This document shows, one piece after another, positions 34,191 through 36,054 of a DNA stretch of 36,054 bases. This DNA comes from Candidatus Krumholzibacteriia bacterium (lineage in GTDB: Bacteria > Krumholzibacteriota > Krumholzibacteriia > LZORAL124-64-63). The number at the start of each line of letters is the position of its first letter. The stretch's first letter is position 1. A program made the position numbers and the translations under genes. Below the pieces are notes generated by a model. The model saw only the letters and a program-made list of their open reading frames with translations. It was not told the origin of the DNA and did not search any database. The DNA lies in contig JAZBOO010000025.1 of assembly GCA_036351155.1 (NCBI GenBank), positions 1 to 36,054 on the forward strand. The letters run 5' to 3'.

Positions 34191-34793
34191 ATGGCAGAGG
34201 CGTCACGCGCACCGGATAAACCCCAGGCACCGCCGCTGCCGGCGTGGGTGCTCACGGGTGTGCGGCGTGGAGACCCCGAAGCTCTGGCTGCGCTTTTCGA
34301 GGCGTGTTTCGATGACATCTACGGCCTGGCCATGCATCTGATGGGCCACCGCAGTCAGGCCGAGGACATTGTCCAGGAGGTCTTTCTGCGTTTGCACAAG
34401 GCGGCCGGAACGCTCGACCCGGCTCGCGACCCTCGGCCCTGGCTGAGAACGGTGACGGCCAACCTGTGCCGCGATCAGTGGCGGTCTTTCGGGGCCAAGG
34501 TGGCCAGAAAGTCCGAGTCGGTGGATCAAGACCAGGAGAAGGGTCCCGTTCTGACCAACGGAACTCCAGGCCCTGATGATGTGCTGGCCCAGCAGCAGAG
34601 CGCCGAGCTCGTTCAAGCCGCACTGCTGAAATTGCCGGATAAATTGCGGGAAGTGGTTGTCCTGAGGGATTATCAGGATTTGTCTCATGAGGAGATTGCC
34701 GAGATCGTCGGGGCCTCTCCGGTCGCGGTCAGAAAACGATATTCCCGGGCGCTTGATGCCCTGGGTCAATTGCTGCAGGATGTCATGCCATGA
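34191..34793 (+). CDS. ECF RNA polymerase sigma factor
   Basis: AEDIVQEVFLRL, WLRTVTANLCRD and LSHEEIAEIVG...VRKRYSRA. Confidence 0.93.
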   Translation: MAEASRAPDKPQAPPLPAWVLTGVRRGDPEALAALFEACFDDIYGLAMHLMGHRSQAEDIVQEVFLRLHKAAGTLDPARDPRPWLRTVTANLCRDQWRSFGAKVARKSESVDQDQEKGPVLTNGTPGPDDVLAQQQSAELVQAALLKLPDKLREVVVLRDYQDLSHEEIAEIVGASPVAVRKRYSRALDALGQLLQDVMP

Positions 34794-35632
34794 CCAACCG
34801 AAATCACGACAACCTGAACGACCGGCAACGCCAGGCCAAGGAGGCCATGCGCCACCTGTCGGCTCCCCAGGCCGACCCAGATTTTCGGGCACGGCTCAAG
34901 TCCCAGTTCATGGCTGGTGATATTCCTGCCGGGGAGCTGTCTTCGGCTGCGGCCCCAGCGGCTCTCCCAGCAAAATCGCCCCGGCCCCTGGCCACCTGGC
35001 TGGGCTGGTCCGGCCTGGCGGCCGCCGCCGTTCTGGCCGCGTTTTTCCTGGGTTTCAACCGTTTACCGGGTCCCGTTTACCTGGGTTCCCATGGTGTGGG
35101 CCAGGTGACGGTGAGCGGCCAGGTGATGGACGTCGATGACAAGGCCGCCCTGGGCGCCGCCTTGAAACCCGGGTCCAGGGTGCTGGTGGGGGAAGGAGGC
35201 TCACTGGACATTCTTTACCCCGGGAGTTTTGCCCTGCGACTGGGTGAAGGCTCGGATCTGGTATTGCCCAGCCGGCCGGGACGCTGGATCGGGCGCCGCA
35301 CCGAAGCGGAGATGGCCTACGGAGAAGTGAGCGTGCGCACGGGGCCCGATCTCCAGGGTGGCCAGCTGGTGATACGTACGGGGGAGGGCCGCGCGGTCAT
35401 CGAGGGCACGCTGGTCTCGGTTTTTCGAAACGATGAGCTGACCTGCGTGTGTCTGTTCGAAGGTTCGGCATACATCACCACCGATACGGCGGACCTGGGC
35501 GCCGTGCCCCCGGGCAAACGCTGGGTACTGTTCAGCGATGGGAGCGAGCCTCAACTGCTGGATATCGTGCCCGGCCATCAGGACCACATGCTGGGCCTGG
35601 ACCGGACCTTGCCGGGTGTTTTCGAGAACTAA
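34790..35632 (+). CDS. Transmembrane anti-sigma factor with FecR-like periplasmic domain
   Basis: ATGA overlap with sigma; single TM helix; 'IRTGEGRAVIEGT...CVCLFEGS' FecR-like pattern. Confidence 0.8.
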   Translation: MTNRNHDNLNDRQRQAKEAMRHLSAPQADPDFRARLKSQFMAGDIPAGELSSAAAPAALPAKSPRPLATWLGWSGLAAAAVLAAFFLGFNRLPGPVYLGSHGVGQVTVSGQVMDVDDKAALGAALKPGSRVLVGEGGSLDILYPGSFALRLGEGSDLVLPSRPGRWIGRRTEAEMAYGEVSVRTGPDLQGGQLVIRTGEGRAVIEGTLVSVFRNDELTCVCLFEGSAYITTDTADLGAVPPGKRWVLFSDGSEPQLLDIVPGHQDHMLGLDRTLPGVFEN

Positions 35633-35633
35633 C

Positions 35634-36054
35634 CTACTCCAGCCACCCCATCAGTAGCCGGTTCTTGGGCGTGATGTCTTCCGGAATGAGGGCGGTTTGC
35701 ACCCGATATCCCTCCTGACGTAGACGAGCCACCCGGGCCGCATCCACGGCCAGAGGCCCATCCATCCAGCCCGCCAGATCCCCGGTGTCACAGGTTTTCA
35801 AGTCATGACAGCAGGGGAGGACAGCGACCCGACTGCGGGCCTGTATCGCCAGGTCCAGCACCTGGTCGGTCAACGTGCCGCAGGCATGCACCGAAGCCAC
35901 CAGGCTTCCTGGAGGGATGGTCACCGCTTCCATCGGCTCTTCCCGAAAATCGATCCGCCCCTCGAGGCGCGGCCAGTGCTTTTCCATGGCGGCCAGAACG
36001 GCGGCAAAACTGGGCGGCTGCTTGATGTCCACGCAGGTGGCGGTGGGCGAGGAA
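35634..36054 (-). CDS. SAM-dependent methyltransferase (Methyltransf_32-like), 5' part outside window
   Basis: SVHACGTLTD, VLPCCH and ITPKNRLL motifs. Confidence 0.8.
   Translation of the reverse strand, partial: SSPTATCVDIKQPPSFAAVLAAMEKHWPRLEGRIDFREEPMEAVTIPPGSLVASVHACGTLTDQVLDLAIQARSRVAVLPCCHDLKTCDTGDLAGWMDGPLAVDAARVARLRQEGYRVQTALIPEDITPKNRLLMGWLE

Overview
This is a GC-rich, gene-dense bacterial window with about 32 CDSs and no rRNA, tRNA, CRISPR array or mobile element that I can support. Two secreted enzymes carry C-terminal FlgD-Ig/T9SS type A-like sorting domains (NxPNPFNP...WDGxD...SGVY...K), which points to an FCB-group organism such as Krumholzibacteriota or Latescibacterota (inference). 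The gene content is mostly envelope, secretion and signalling: Dps, a CpcT-like protein, a CPBP protease, OmpA with TSP3 repeats, two ECF sigma modules, an MscS/CmpX-like channel, MATE, a serine hydrolase, a DUF455-like protein, a GAF membrane protein, a histidine kinase, an RRM protein, a Calx-beta lipoprotein, a cation:proton antiporter, prolyl oligopeptidase, BlaI/BlaR1-TonB and a spondin lipoprotein. The most notable observations are: (1) a head-to-head pair of an RgpB-like C25 gingipain and a PPAD-type peptidylarginine deiminase, both with catalytic motifs intact, suggesting a genetically linked cleave-then-citrullinate module; (2) three sigma28-type promoters in front of non-flagellar genes, including the gingipain; (3) a structured, switch-like leader of about 230 nt before the RRM gene; (4) two ECF sigma genes that each share a promoter-like motif with a divergent envelope gene; (5) a sigma54 plus IHF promoter architecture at dps. 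All calls come from reading the sequence and from recalled family motifs; no searches were run.
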